From: a virus
Length of the DNA stretch: 64,000 nucleotides
Virus record (IMG/VR): IMGVR_UViG_3300025645_000048
Span: 1 to 64,000 of that record
Strand: one strand, 5' to 3'
Under the pieces are notes generated by a model. The model was given only the letters and a program-made list of their open reading frames with translations, was not told where the DNA came from and ran no database searches. A program made the position numbers and the translations under genes. Numbering within the stretch: position 1 is the stretch's first letter; the number at the start of each line of letters is the position of its first letter. Of this stretch, positions 47,424 through 55,647 are shown in pieces.

Positions 47424-47756
47424 TTATTTCTGTTTTTTAGATAGGTTAGTAATAATGTGTGCCATTGTATTTAAATGGTTTTCTAGTGGAGAATTTTTGT
47501 GTTCATTTCCATTCTCATCCAAGTGGATAATTGGAGATGAATTATCAAATTCCCAAGCTAGATCCTTTCCAGCTGTAGCATCCAAAACATCAATAATTCT
47601 ATTACATTGATTGATTTGTGCTTGAATAATTACTTGTTGTTTAGGCAAGGTTTTTTGTCCACTTATAGTGGTGTAGTAATTCTCTTCTAATCCCTCTTTT
47701 CTATTAGAGATTAAGTCTCGAATTAAGTCTAAATCTTTAGATTCAAATTGATTCAT
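47424..47756 (-). CDS. Hypothetical protein
   Basis: Likely start MNQFESK at 47756 after an A-rich leader. Confidence 0.6.
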   Translation of the reverse strand: MNQFESKDLDLIRDLISNRKEGLEENYYTTISGQKTLPKQQVIIQAQINQCNRIIDVLDATAGKDLAWEFDNSSPIIHLDENGNEHKNSPLENHLNTMAHIITNLSKKQK

Positions 47757-47793
47757 AATTTTATTAAATTTAATTATCTGCATTATTGCATTG

Positions 47794-47837
47794 AGATTAG
47801 GAGAGGAATCGAGCCTCTCCTTGTTCCAAACTAATCT
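47794..47837 (-). ncRNA. tRNA-like mini-element (acceptor-like stem + T-arm, no anticodon arm)
   Basis: AGATTAG-TTTGGAACAAG-GAGAGG-CTCGATT-CCTCTC-CTAATCT. Confidence 0.55.
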
Positions 47838-48469
47838 ATAGTACCACTTGTCATTCCTCTATTCAAGTAATACTCTTTCTCCTTACTTATCTCTTCTTCT
47901 GATTGTTGAGCATCTATAGTGAATAACACATCTTCTTCAATGTAATTGTCTCTCCATTGATTTGTGTCATAGTGCAACATTGCACCACCATCATTACCCT
48001 CATCATCAGTCTGAGGAATTAAGATAGTACCATCATCTAACCATAGTGCAAGTGGAGATTTGTACCATCCAAAACTCTCACATTCTTGTGGATTTAAGTG
48101 TCTGACATTAACAATCTTTCTACCAATTAGATGTGTGAATCTTGACCTATATTTATTGTGAGGTAGATTATTTACATAATCTTGAGCATTCTTACTTAAC
48201 TCTCTAAGCATTGCATTGACTTTATTTGGGTTTTTTGAATATTGTATACCATAAAGTCCTAACTTATAAGTGTTCTTAGCTTCTTTAATAAGTAGTCTAT
48301 CAGTTAACCAATCTGCAATAGTATTATTGTAGTAACCTTGCTTACTGATGAATTTCTTTGGATTCTTTCCTTGAGCAATCCATACTTGTTCTCTAATGTC
48401 CTTTAGAGTAAAAGGTTTGTCATCGAATTTATTAAATAGGTTGACAAAGATTTGTTGTTTGATTTTCAT
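47831..48469 (-). CDS. Hypothetical protein, two-domain
   Basis: Possible winged-helix N-terminus; C-terminal LIGRKIV.VR...GW...LWLDDGT...DDEGNDGGA domain. Confidence 0.7.
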   Translation of the reverse strand: MKIKQQIFVNLFNKFDDKPFTLKDIREQVWIAQGKNPKKFISKQGYYNNTIADWLTDRLLIKEAKNTYKLGLYGIQYSKNPNKVNAMLRELSKNAQDYVNNLPHNKYRSRFTHLIGRKIVNVRHLNPQECESFGWYKSPLALWLDDGTILIPQTDDEGNDGGAMLHYDTNQWRDNYIEEDVLFTIDAQQSEEEISKEKEYYLNRGMTSGTID

Positions 48470-48594
48470 TATGATGTGATTAAGTTAAAAGTTATAAATG
48501 TAATTCCTATAATATCAAAGAATAGTAATGTGTAGACTAAACAAGCTACTATAGGGTTAGTGTCATTCCAAATTGATTTGATTAAGTATTTCAT
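48469..48594 (-). CDS. 41-aa membrane peptide (MKYLIKSIWND...), not in ORF track
   Basis: TAACTATG start, hydrophobic segment, TAATG coupling to the next gene. Confidence 0.55.
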   Translation of the reverse strand: MKYLIKSIWNDTNPIVACLVYTLLFFDIIGITFITFNLITS

Positions 48595-48596
48595 AG

Positions 48597-48800
48597 TTAA
48601 GATATATTAGGGTTAAATTCAGTTATATAATAGTCTAGTAAATCATCTTTAGATTCTATTCTATTTTTATACAATGCATCTTGAGTTGCATAATATTTAG
48701 TGTTGGATTCAGTAATAGTGATGACATTACCATCTTCTATCCACTCATCAAACCTCTTTAAGATTTGAGAAAATTGATTATTTGTAAGTCTTATACTCAT
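48597..48800 (-). CDS. Hypothetical protein
   Basis: Early ORF with TAACTATG start. Confidence 0.6.
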   Translation of the reverse strand: MSIRLTNNQFSQILKRFDEWIEDGNVITITESNTKYYATQDALYKNRIESKDDLLDYYITEFNPNIS

Positions 48801-48805
48801 AGTTA

Positions 48806-48985
48806 TTATTTGTTAGGGTTAATGGTTACACAATAAGAAGAACTTCTTCCATCGGTTAATAATTCTTTAAATTTTAGACTTAATTCCTCTAGTCCATCTG
48901 TACTATTTTGAGGTTGAGTCTTAATCTCCATAGACACTAGGTTAGATAATTTTGCTAAGTCTGTAAGTGTTAGTCTTGTAATCAT
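48806..48985 (-). CDS. 59-aa hypothetical protein (MITRLTLTDL...), not in ORF track
   Basis: TAACTATG start; fills the gap. Confidence 0.55.
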   Translation of the reverse strand: MITRLTLTDLAKLSNLVSMEIKTQPQNSTDGLEELSLKFKELLTDGRSSSYCVTINPNK

Positions 48986-49199
48986 AGTTATAGGTTTAAA
49001 GGGTTAATGTTAATGTCTAATGCTTCACTCATTGTGAATACATTCTCGATAATAATAGTTAATTCATCCATTGTATTTAATTTAATTAAGTTAGATATGA
49101 GAGGTAAGTCACTGACTATCAGTGAGTTAGGTGTAAATTGTGTGTATAGTGTGTCTCTCATAGAGTAAATATACAATAAATATCTAATATATTACTAAT

Positions 49200-49670
49200 A
49201 CTTTACTAATACTTTTAGACTAGGAGAAACAATTCTCTTTAATACTTATTTCAAATGATTACTATTTAATATTTAATTGACTAATCATAATCAAGTGTGA
49301 AATGATAGTTGAGTTTTGTTTGTGTTTTGTTTAGTTGTAATTCAGTCGGTGAGGGGGTTAAGGGAAGGCTCTCTGTCTCTTCTCTTTTGTTTAACCAATT
49401 GAAGAGGGAAGGCTACAGATAGTGGAGTAGGAGTTATGTATACACCTAATTAACAAGGGATGTGAGGAGTCACACCTACCTAGTACCTACCTATGTCATA
49501 AGGGGTGGAGGAATTCTGAAAAAATCTGAAAAAAAAAGTTGAAATCCTTTTTTAATCAAAAAAAAATAATGACTTTCTGTGGGGGTGGGGTGTGTGTATA
49601 AGCACTAATAACCCTCAACCTCTATATATCTAATAACTCAAAAAAATTTTCAGTATCTTTACTATCTAAA
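49200..49670. other. Non-coding strand-switch region, candidate genome terminus/packaging site
   Basis: Divergent gene arms; G-runs, A-tracts, short repeats AGGGAAGGCT x2 and TCTGAAAAAA x2. Confidence 0.45.
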
Positions 49671-49679
49671 TTTATAGCT

Positions 49680-49877
49680 ATGAATAAATCTGATTACATT
49701 GATGGGTTGTACGTTAAGAACGGAAGACTTATAAATGAACGACCAAACAGTATGACTGGGATTCAAAAGGCAGTATCTATTAAACGATCAGTAACTAACG
49801 ATCGTAAGATAAATCAAGTTGCAGAAGCGATACAGTTAGCTGAAAATAAAAAGAACTTTAACGAACTTAATTTCTAA
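49680..49877 (+). CDS. Hypothetical protein
   Basis: First rightward ORF; followed by a terminator. Confidence 0.65.
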   Translation: MNKSDYIDGLYVKNGRLINERPNSMTGIQKAVSIKRSVTNDRKINQVAEAIQLAENKKNFNELNF

Positions 49878-49907
49878 AAAATTTTCTGTTTTCTTTTTGT
49901 TTGAATT

Positions 49908-49938
49908 AAGGGGTTTAGAAATAAATCTCTTTTTTTTT
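49908..49938 (+). terminator. Rho-independent terminator
   Basis: AGGGGTTTA-GAAA-TAAATCTCT hairpin followed by a T run. Confidence 0.7.
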
Positions 49939-50040
49939 GCAAAGTGTATGATAACTGACACAACTATGACAACTAAAATTTAAAATCGACACAACCTAAC
50001 TAACTGATTACTAGTACTTTTATTATTATAATTATTAATA

Positions 50041-50145
50041 ATGTCGATTATGTCGAAAAAAATACTATTATAAAAATAAAAAAAAAGTAAAGTATAGTAA
50101 AATATATATAGAGTGTATAGTAGCAAAAAACATTGTCATTTGACA
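50041..50145. other. Putative replication-origin-like element, copy B
   Basis: ATGTCGATTATGTCGA, then an AT-rich spacer, then TGTCATTTGACA; extra TGACA/CGACA boxes at about 49955-49992. Confidence 0.5.
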
Positions 50146-50203
50146 TTTTGCTTTTTCACAAATTATACTATCTTTGTTTAGTAATCTAATTTAATTTAAT
50201 CTA

Positions 50204-51817
50204 ATGAGTGCACAAGGCTATATACCCAAAGACCTAACTTTTGATGAAGAAGGTCGTAAACAATTAATCCAAGGAATTACTGCAATATCTAAAGCTGTAA
50301 AAAGTACGCTAGGCCCACGCGGTCAGACTGTACTCATTGAATCACCCGATCATGTTGGTGGAATCACAGTGACTAAGGATGGTGTGACTGTAGCCAAGTC
50401 TATATTCCTAGACAACCCAATAGAAAACCTAGCCATACAAATGATGAAGGATGCAGCAACTAGAACTGCTAACTCTGCGGGTGATGGGACAACTACTGCA
50501 ATAGTATTAACTGAAGCGATAGTAAATGCAGGACAAGAACTATTAAAAGAAAACCATAACATCACCGAGGTGATTAAAGCAATCAACAAGCATTGTGATA
50601 AAATAATTAGTATACTTGAAAAAGATGCCAAGAAGATTACTCCTGAAACTCTACTAGATGTTGCAACAATATCTGCCAACAACGACAAAGAGATAGGCCA
50701 GATAATATCTGATGCCTATAAAAAAGTTGGTGCCAATGGTATAGTTACTGTAGAAAAGTCACAGAACCACGAGACCTATGCCGAGGTGACTAATGGTATA
50801 AAAGTAGATCGAGGATACTCCTCACCTATGTTTTTGAACAATCATCGTAAAGACGAGTGTGTGCTTGAAGATGTCTTGGTCTTAGTGTGTGACATAACAA
50901 TTGACAATATTCTGCAAATAGAGAATGTACTCAAACCAATCATACAACAAAACAAGAAACTACTAATCATCGCACCATGTGCTGACAATGTGGTCAACAC
51001 TCTTGCGGCCAATGTGGTTCGTAATAATTTAAAAGTATGTACTGTTCTGCCTCCACAGTTTGGCTACAAAAGTCACGAGCTGATGCAAGATATAGCATTC
51101 GCGGTCGGTGCAAAAATATTCTCAGAACAAACTGGTGACGACTTAAGTCTTATAAACATGAACGACCTTGGTCATGTAGATAAAATAATAGTTGGTAAAG
51201 ACTCCAGTGTGTTAATCAAGGACGCAGACATAAGCGAGGCAACACAAAACAGAATAGAAGAGCTGAAGGAACAACAACAAAATATGACAATTAAAAGCGA
51301 TAAAGACTTTATAAACGAGAGAGTGGCAAGTCTAGCTGGTGCCATTGGTTGTATATATGTCGGAGCTAATAGCGACGTGGAGCAAAAAGAAAAATTTGAC
51401 CGAGTCGATGACTCGGTGTGTGCAGTTCGTAGCGCCTTGCAAGAAGGCATTATTCCCGGCGGAGGACTGGCACTATTTCATTGTGCTAGGTTTTTAAAAG
51501 AATATATTAAGTCATACAAGCCATTTGAGAACGAACCCAACATACAAGTAGCTGGTGAGATATTAGCCCAAGCAATACAAGTGCCATTAAAACAAATAAT
51601 TATTAATTCAGGTCAAGATGTGACTGAAATAATTAGTAAATTTCAACACATGGGAGGTAATATAGGATACGATGTTAAGAATGAAGATGTTGATGACATG
51701 TATGTGTTAGGTGTAATCGATCCACTTAAAGTAACTAAGAATGCACTGGTCAATGCAGTGTCTGTAGCCACAACAATACTATCAACTAATGCAATAATAA
51801 CACATAAACGAGCATGA
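50204..51817 (+). CDS. groEL: Phage-encoded chaperonin GroEL
   Basis: AVKSTLGPRG, TKDGVTVAK, AGDGTTTA, VATISAN, GIIPGGG, GVIDPLKVT; no GGM tail. Confidence 0.97.
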   Translation: MSAQGYIPKDLTFDEEGRKQLIQGITAISKAVKSTLGPRGQTVLIESPDHVGGITVTKDGVTVAKSIFLDNPIENLAIQMMKDAATRTANSAGDGTTTAIVLTEAIVNAGQELLKENHNITEVIKAINKHCDKIISILEKDAKKITPETLLDVATISANNDKEIGQIISDAYKKVGANGIVTVEKSQNHETYAEVTNGIKVDRGYSSPMFLNNHRKDECVLEDVLVLVCDITIDNILQIENVLKPIIQQNKKLLIIAPCADNVVNTLAANVVRNNLKVCTVLPPQFGYKSHELMQDIAFAVGAKIFSEQTGDDLSLINMNDLGHVDKIIVGKDSSVLIKDADISEATQNRIEELKEQQQNMTIKSDKDFINERVASLAGAIGCIYVGANSDVEQKEKFDRVDDSVCAVRSALQEGIIPGGGLALFHCARFLKEYIKSYKPFENEPNIQVAGEILAQAIQVPLKQIIINSGQDVTEIISKFQHMGGNIGYDVKNEDVDDMYVLGVIDPLKVTKNALVNAVSVATTILSTNAIITHKRA

Positions 51818-52071
51818 TCCCTATAAATAAATACATTATTATCGACACAATTGAAGAGGAGATAAAGACTGACTCTGGGTTGTTATTGTCTGCAAACGAC
51901 ATAAAAGATTTTAGATATAAAAAAGGTAAGGTGGTGAAGCCTGGGACCAATGTAAGTGATATAGAAGAAGGGGACCTAATATACTATGACAAGATGTCTG
52001 GATATACTATGATAATTAACGACAAACAGTATACTATAATTCTTGAGAGAGATGTCGTTGTTGTTTTATAA
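51814..52071 (+). CDS. groES: Co-chaperonin GroES
   Basis: IPINKYII...TDSGLLL...GKVVKPG...IEEGDLIYY...ILERDVV; ATGA-coupled to groEL. Confidence 0.88.
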   Translation: MIPINKYIIIDTIEEEIKTDSGLLLSANDIKDFRYKKGKVVKPGTNVSDIEEGDLIYYDKMSGYTMIINDKQYTIILERDVVVVL

Positions 52072-52519
52072 AATCATTCATCTCAATAATCGTATTACGG
52101 TAGACCTTATCCATGTACGATGCATCATTTCTAAATAAAGGGTTAGAGTGTGCAGTCTCCGCAATCTCCTCACCATTTAATTTTTTATAAATCATTGTTA
52201 TGATGCGCTTGGCCTTGTAAGTAAGCTCATAAAGTGTAGCCTTATTACCCTCACGTTTTCTCCAAACATGAATCCAGTCGTCACGAAGAAGTCTAGCAAA
52301 CCTAGGATACTCCCAACTCATAACCTCTTCATACTTTTTAAACTGTTCTTTGTTGAATATATCCTCACTGTATAAAAACAATAACATCTCAAGATCAGGT
52401 GTAGATAATTTGTACTTAGCCTTAACCCAATACCTAATGACTCTCCAGTATTTTAAATAGTTGTGGGAAGGTGTAATTCTTGATGTTGCCTTGCGCTGAT
52501 AGACGCCTTTAGATTTCAT
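52034..52519 (-). CDS. Winged-helix (MarR-like) DNA-binding protein
   Basis: LSTPDLEMLLFL...LLRDDWIHVW...LYELTYKAK. Confidence 0.6.
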   Translation of the reverse strand: MKSKGVYQRKATSRITPSHNYLKYWRVIRYWVKAKYKLSTPDLEMLLFLYSEDIFNKEQFKKYEEVMSWEYPRFARLLRDDWIHVWRKREGNKATLYELTYKAKRIITMIYKKLNGEEIAETAHSNPLFRNDASYMDKVYRNTIIEMNDFIKQQRHLSQEL

Positions 52520-52570
52520 TAAATTAAAGTTAGTATATTTGTAAATATAATTATTTTAATAACAAAAATT

Positions 52571-52666
52571 ATGGCTAAGAAAAAAGTAGTAAAAAAAGCA
52601 GCTCCAAAAAAAGTTGCAGTCAAATCGCCAAGCGTAAAGAAAGAAAGTAAAAGAGTTATTATCTAA
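52571..52666 (+). CDS. 31-aa Lys-rich peptide MAKKKVVKKAAPKK...
   Basis: After TATATTTG box (52534-52541); histone-H1-like composition. Confidence 0.55.
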   Translation: MAKKKVVKKAAPKKVAVKSPSVKKESKRVII

Positions 52667-52668
52667 TA

Positions 52669-52794
52669 ATGGCTTTAAATAATTTCGTATCTTATTTGTC
52701 GAAAGGTAAAAAGAAAAGACCTGGTGTTCATAGTAAGAATGCTTCGCGTAGTCAAAATGCTTACAAGAAGGCTTATCGTGGACAAGGTAGATAA
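52669..52794 (+). CDS. 41-aa basic peptide ending YRGQGR
   Basis: Homologue at 63546..63680 ends YKGQGK. Confidence 0.7.
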   Translation: MALNNFVSYLSKGKKKRPGVHSKNASRSQNAYKKAYRGQGR

Positions 52795-52819
52795 AGTTTA
52801 ATATTTTAAAAATATAATT

Positions 52820-52972
52820 ATGCCAACAGTAAAATCAAAATCTGGTAATAAAGTATTTCCATACAATGCAGTAGGTAAAGCACAGGCTCACCAATATGCA
52901 AAAATGAATGGAGGTAAAGTAAAAAATAATCCAAACTACGGTATGGAGAAAAAAATGAACTCATCATATTAA
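52820..52972 (+). CDS. 50-aa basic peptide MPTVKSKSGNKVFPY...
   Basis: ORF read by hand in a tight cluster. Confidence 0.6.
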   Translation: MPTVKSKSGNKVFPYNAVGKAQAHQYAKMNGGKVKNNPNYGMEKKMNSSY

Positions 52973-52976
52973 TATT

Positions 52977-53159
52977 ATGGCTAAAAAAGATTACAACAGT
53001 ATCAATTTTAAAAACAAAGACATTGATAAAATTATATCAAAAAGAAAACCAGTAAAAAAAATTAAAAGTCATTTATTACCACAAGGGGTTAAAAAAACTG
53101 CATGGACAACAGTTGGATTAAATACATATCCTAAAAATATGGATCACTTGAAAAAATAA
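52977..53159 (+). CDS. Small basic protein
   Basis: ORF track; MAKK start as in neighbours. Confidence 0.55.
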   Translation: MAKKDYNSINFKNKDIDKIISKRKPVKKIKSHLLPQGVKKTAWTTVGLNTYPKNMDHLKK

Positions 53160-53162
53160 ATT

Positions 53163-53276
53163 ATGGCTAGAAAAAAGAAAATGAAGAACCCATGTTGGAA
53201 AGGTTTTATTGCATATGGAATGAAAATGAAGAACGGAAAAGAAGTTCCAAATTGTGTTCCTAAGAAAAAGAAATAA
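53163..53276 (+). CDS. 37-aa peptide with CWKG...GMK...VPNCVP motif
   Basis: MARKKKMKNPCWKGFIAYGMKMKNGKEVPNCVPKKKK; motif recalled from many phage small proteins. Confidence 0.7.
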   Translation: MARKKKMKNPCWKGFIAYGMKMKNGKEVPNCVPKKKK

Positions 53277-53278
53277 TT

Positions 53279-53554
53279 ATGCCTATAGCAAGAACCACAG
53301 GCAAAGGAGGTAACTATAGGTCCACATCATCTGGTGCGGGTATGACTGCTAGAGGGGTGGCTGCATATAAAAGAGCCAATCCTGGATCAAACCTAAAAAC
53401 TGCGGTTACTGAAAAGAAACCTAGCAAAATGAGGTCAAAAAGAAGAAAGTCTTATTGCTCTAGGTCTGCTGGTCAAATGCGTATGCACAATATTAATTGT
53501 TCTAAGACTCCAGAAAAAAGAATTTGTGCAGCTCGTAGACGTTGGAGATGTTAA
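53279..53554 (+). CDS. Small basic phage protein
   Basis: GAGMTARGVAAY..ANPGSNLK...RRKSYCSRS...RRRWRC pattern. Confidence 0.8.
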   Translation: MPIARTTGKGGNYRSTSSGAGMTARGVAAYKRANPGSNLKTAVTEKKPSKMRSKRRKSYCSRSAGQMRMHNINCSKTPEKRICAARRRWRC

Positions 53555-53564
53555 ATAAAAAATT

Positions 53565-53906
53565 ATGGCTAAGAAAAAAAATGATCCTGAATATATTAGA
53601 CTTCGTTCTTCAACCAAGTCTAATCAAAAAATGGGTAAGAAAAAGAAAAGTAAAACTGTTTCTGAATCCTCTAATACTCCCGCTTATGGCAATAAGCCAA
53701 ATGTTTCATACAGCAAAACTACAACAAAAACTAAAGGAAATAAAACTACACAAAAAAGTAAATTTAAACAGGTTAGCGAAAACAATGGTGAATTTACTAA
53801 GTATGTTTCCAGAACCAGAAATGGTAATAGAAGAGTTAGAACAAAAAAAATATCTGCAAGTAGGGCGGAAGGAATAGCTAGAAGGTTGAAGAAAAAATAT
53901 AAATAA
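53565..53906 (+). CDS. Lys/Ser/Thr-rich basic protein
   Basis: ATG start in the cluster. Confidence 0.6.
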   Translation: MAKKKNDPEYIRLRSSTKSNQKMGKKKKSKTVSESSNTPAYGNKPNVSYSKTTTKTKGNKTTQKSKFKQVSENNGEFTKYVSRTRNGNRRVRTKKISASRAEGIARRLKKKYK

Positions 53907-53942
53907 AATATTAGTATATTTGTATATATAAATTTTTAAATT

Positions 53943-54140
53943 ATGAAAAAACAAGGATATAATTCAAGACTAGATGAGTCTTTAGGTGCTAAGCATGGGA
54001 AAAAATCTCAATCTTATAAAGATCGTAGAGATGAATCAAAAGCTATGTCTAAAAAAGAATATGGACATTCTTACGGAGGTGACTCTGGAATGTCATACAG
54101 ACATTCATCTAGTTGGAAAACTCACGGTCATTTAAAATAA
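53943..54140 (+). CDS. Small basic protein
   Basis: MKKQGYNSRLDESLG...; TATATTTG box at 53915-53922. Confidence 0.7.
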   Translation: MKKQGYNSRLDESLGAKHGKKSQSYKDRRDESKAMSKKEYGHSYGGDSGMSYRHSSSWKTHGHLK

Positions 54141-54295
54141 TGGCTAAGAACTTTATACAAAATGTTTTTCAAGGAGCAAAACGAAGAGGAACTCTTGGTG
54201 ATTGCACTGGGAAAAAATTTGGCAGCAAGAGTTGTCCAGTAGGAAGTAAAAAATATAATTTTGCAAAAACAATGCGCAAAATAAATAAAAAATAA
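54140..54295 (+). CDS. Small basic protein (MAKNFIQ...CTGKKFGSKSCP)
   Basis: TAATG-coupled on both sides. Confidence 0.65.
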   Translation: MAKNFIQNVFQGAKRRGTLGDCTGKKFGSKSCPVGSKKYNFAKTMRKINKK

Positions 54296-54453
54296 TGGCT
54301 AAGAAAAAAATCAAATTAGTTAATAAAAAAATAACTAAACAAGATCCTCCTACAGCAGGCTTCGTAGAATGGCATGATAGATCACAGGAAATCAAAGATA
54401 GAATGGCTGCAAGACAGGTTGCATTAGCAAAAGAGTTTAAAAAGAAAAAATAA
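54295..54453 (+). CDS. Small basic protein MAKKKIKLV...
   Basis: Read by hand; coupled stop and start. Confidence 0.55.
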   Translation: MAKKKIKLVNKKITKQDPPTAGFVEWHDRSQEIKDRMAARQVALAKEFKKKK

Positions 54454-54594
54454 ATGGGCAAGTTATTAGTTAAGATAGGACATTGGATTCAGAAAGTTTG
54501 GAAAAAACTTTTATGTAAATGGAACTGGTTAGTGTCAAAACTAATTATAGATGTTAAAGAATGTCCAGTCGCACAGTGTGTTTGTAAAAAATAA
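54454..54594 (+). CDS. Small Trp/Cys-containing amphipathic peptide
   Basis: MGKLLVKIGHWIQKVWKKLLCKWNW...CPVAQCVCKK. Confidence 0.55.
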   Translation: MGKLLVKIGHWIQKVWKKLLCKWNWLVSKLIIDVKECPVAQCVCKK

Positions 54595-54596
54595 TT

Positions 54597-54743
54597 ATGA
54601 AATCAAGAGGCATAGGCGATAGTATAGAAAAATTTACCAAGGCTACTGGTATAAAAAAAGTAGTCGAAACAGTAACGAAAGGCGACTGTGGTTGTAACAA
54701 GCGTAGAGATACGTTGAACCGTATGTTTCCTTACGATAGATAA
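54597..54743 (+). CDS. Small protein with GDSIEKFTKATGIK...DCGC.KRR motif
   Basis: Read by hand; motif recalled from Bacteroidota phages. Confidence 0.7.
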   Translation: MKSRGIGDSIEKFTKATGIKKVVETVTKGDCGCNKRRDTLNRMFPYDR

Positions 54744-54773
54744 AGAGATTTTTAACCCTCTAAATTAAATAAA

Positions 54774-55568
54774 ATGGCGTATCCTAAAATTACCGTTAAC
54801 ACGGGACAAGCACTTATAGTAGTGCCAAGTGACACAATTCCAATACCAAATCCAAACTTTATAGCAGCTACAGGCGTGGGCAATCAAGTTGACAATGGAG
54901 TAAATACTTCTGTTGTAACAAACAAACTGGTTGACACTGGTGCAACATGGACAGCAACAACTCCACCACTTCCAGTAGTTGTTGGTGATGTTGTTTATAA
55001 TACAACAACTCCAGCAAATGCCGCAGTAACAGCTGTAGATTCTGCCACACAATTAGCTTTTGGTAGTAATATTTTTCAAGCAACACCCGAAAACTATTTA
55101 ATAGTAAGACAAAATGCGTTAGTAGATGATGAAATAGATTTTGTAGCTAAAGGGGTTAAGCCTGGAGATATAGTTTTAAATACTGACAATCCAGGTATTG
55201 CTACAGTTTCAGCAGTCGTTGGTGTAGATGAATTAACCTTAAGTGCTAATATATTTGGTACAGACTCTACATACGATGACAACTTTAGAATATATTCACA
55301 AGCAGAAGGCGGTTCTAATTATCCAGCATATGGTGGCACAAATGGAGGTGTGGCTACAACATCAAACAACGAAGGGTGTTTAATATATGTAGGAGATGCA
55401 ACTGCAGCTACTACTATAGCTACTCAGTTTTATAATGTAACAGTAAGAACTGTAGCTGGAGATATAATTACATTTCATAATTGTCAAGTAGGTTCTTACC
55501 TACCAATACAATGTGTACAAGTAATGGCAACAGGAACTACAGCAGATAAACTTATAGCAATATGGTAA
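54774..55568 (+). CDS. Putative capsid decoration/spike protein
   Basis: C-terminal ITFHN...GSYLPIQ..QVMATGTTA; two internal beta-rich repeats. Confidence 0.55.
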   Translation: MAYPKITVNTGQALIVVPSDTIPIPNPNFIAATGVGNQVDNGVNTSVVTNKLVDTGATWTATTPPLPVVVGDVVYNTTTPANAAVTAVDSATQLAFGSNIFQATPENYLIVRQNALVDDEIDFVAKGVKPGDIVLNTDNPGIATVSAVVGVDELTLSANIFGTDSTYDDNFRIYSQAEGGSNYPAYGGTNGGVATTSNNEGCLIYVGDATAATTIATQFYNVTVRTVAGDIITFHNCQVGSYLPIQCVQVMATGTTADKLIAIW

Positions 55569-55647
55569 ATAAATATTACTACACGCAAACAAATAGTTTG
55601 TTAAACGATGAAATAGTTTTTAATTACACTTATGTAAAATAATAATA

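Noticed and set aside
47794-47837. Bona fide tRNA gene
   Set aside because: Only 44 nt with no anticodon arm; kept as a tRNA-like element instead. No complete tRNA was seen in the window.
47990-48015. Second hammerhead at a CTGATGA on the - strand
   Set aside because: No downstream GAAA-stem arrangement; it is coding sequence (TDDEG).
53542-53877. 111-aa ORF overlapping 53565..53906
   Set aside because: The other frame has the MAKK start and leader typical of the cluster; A-rich DNA explains the open frame.
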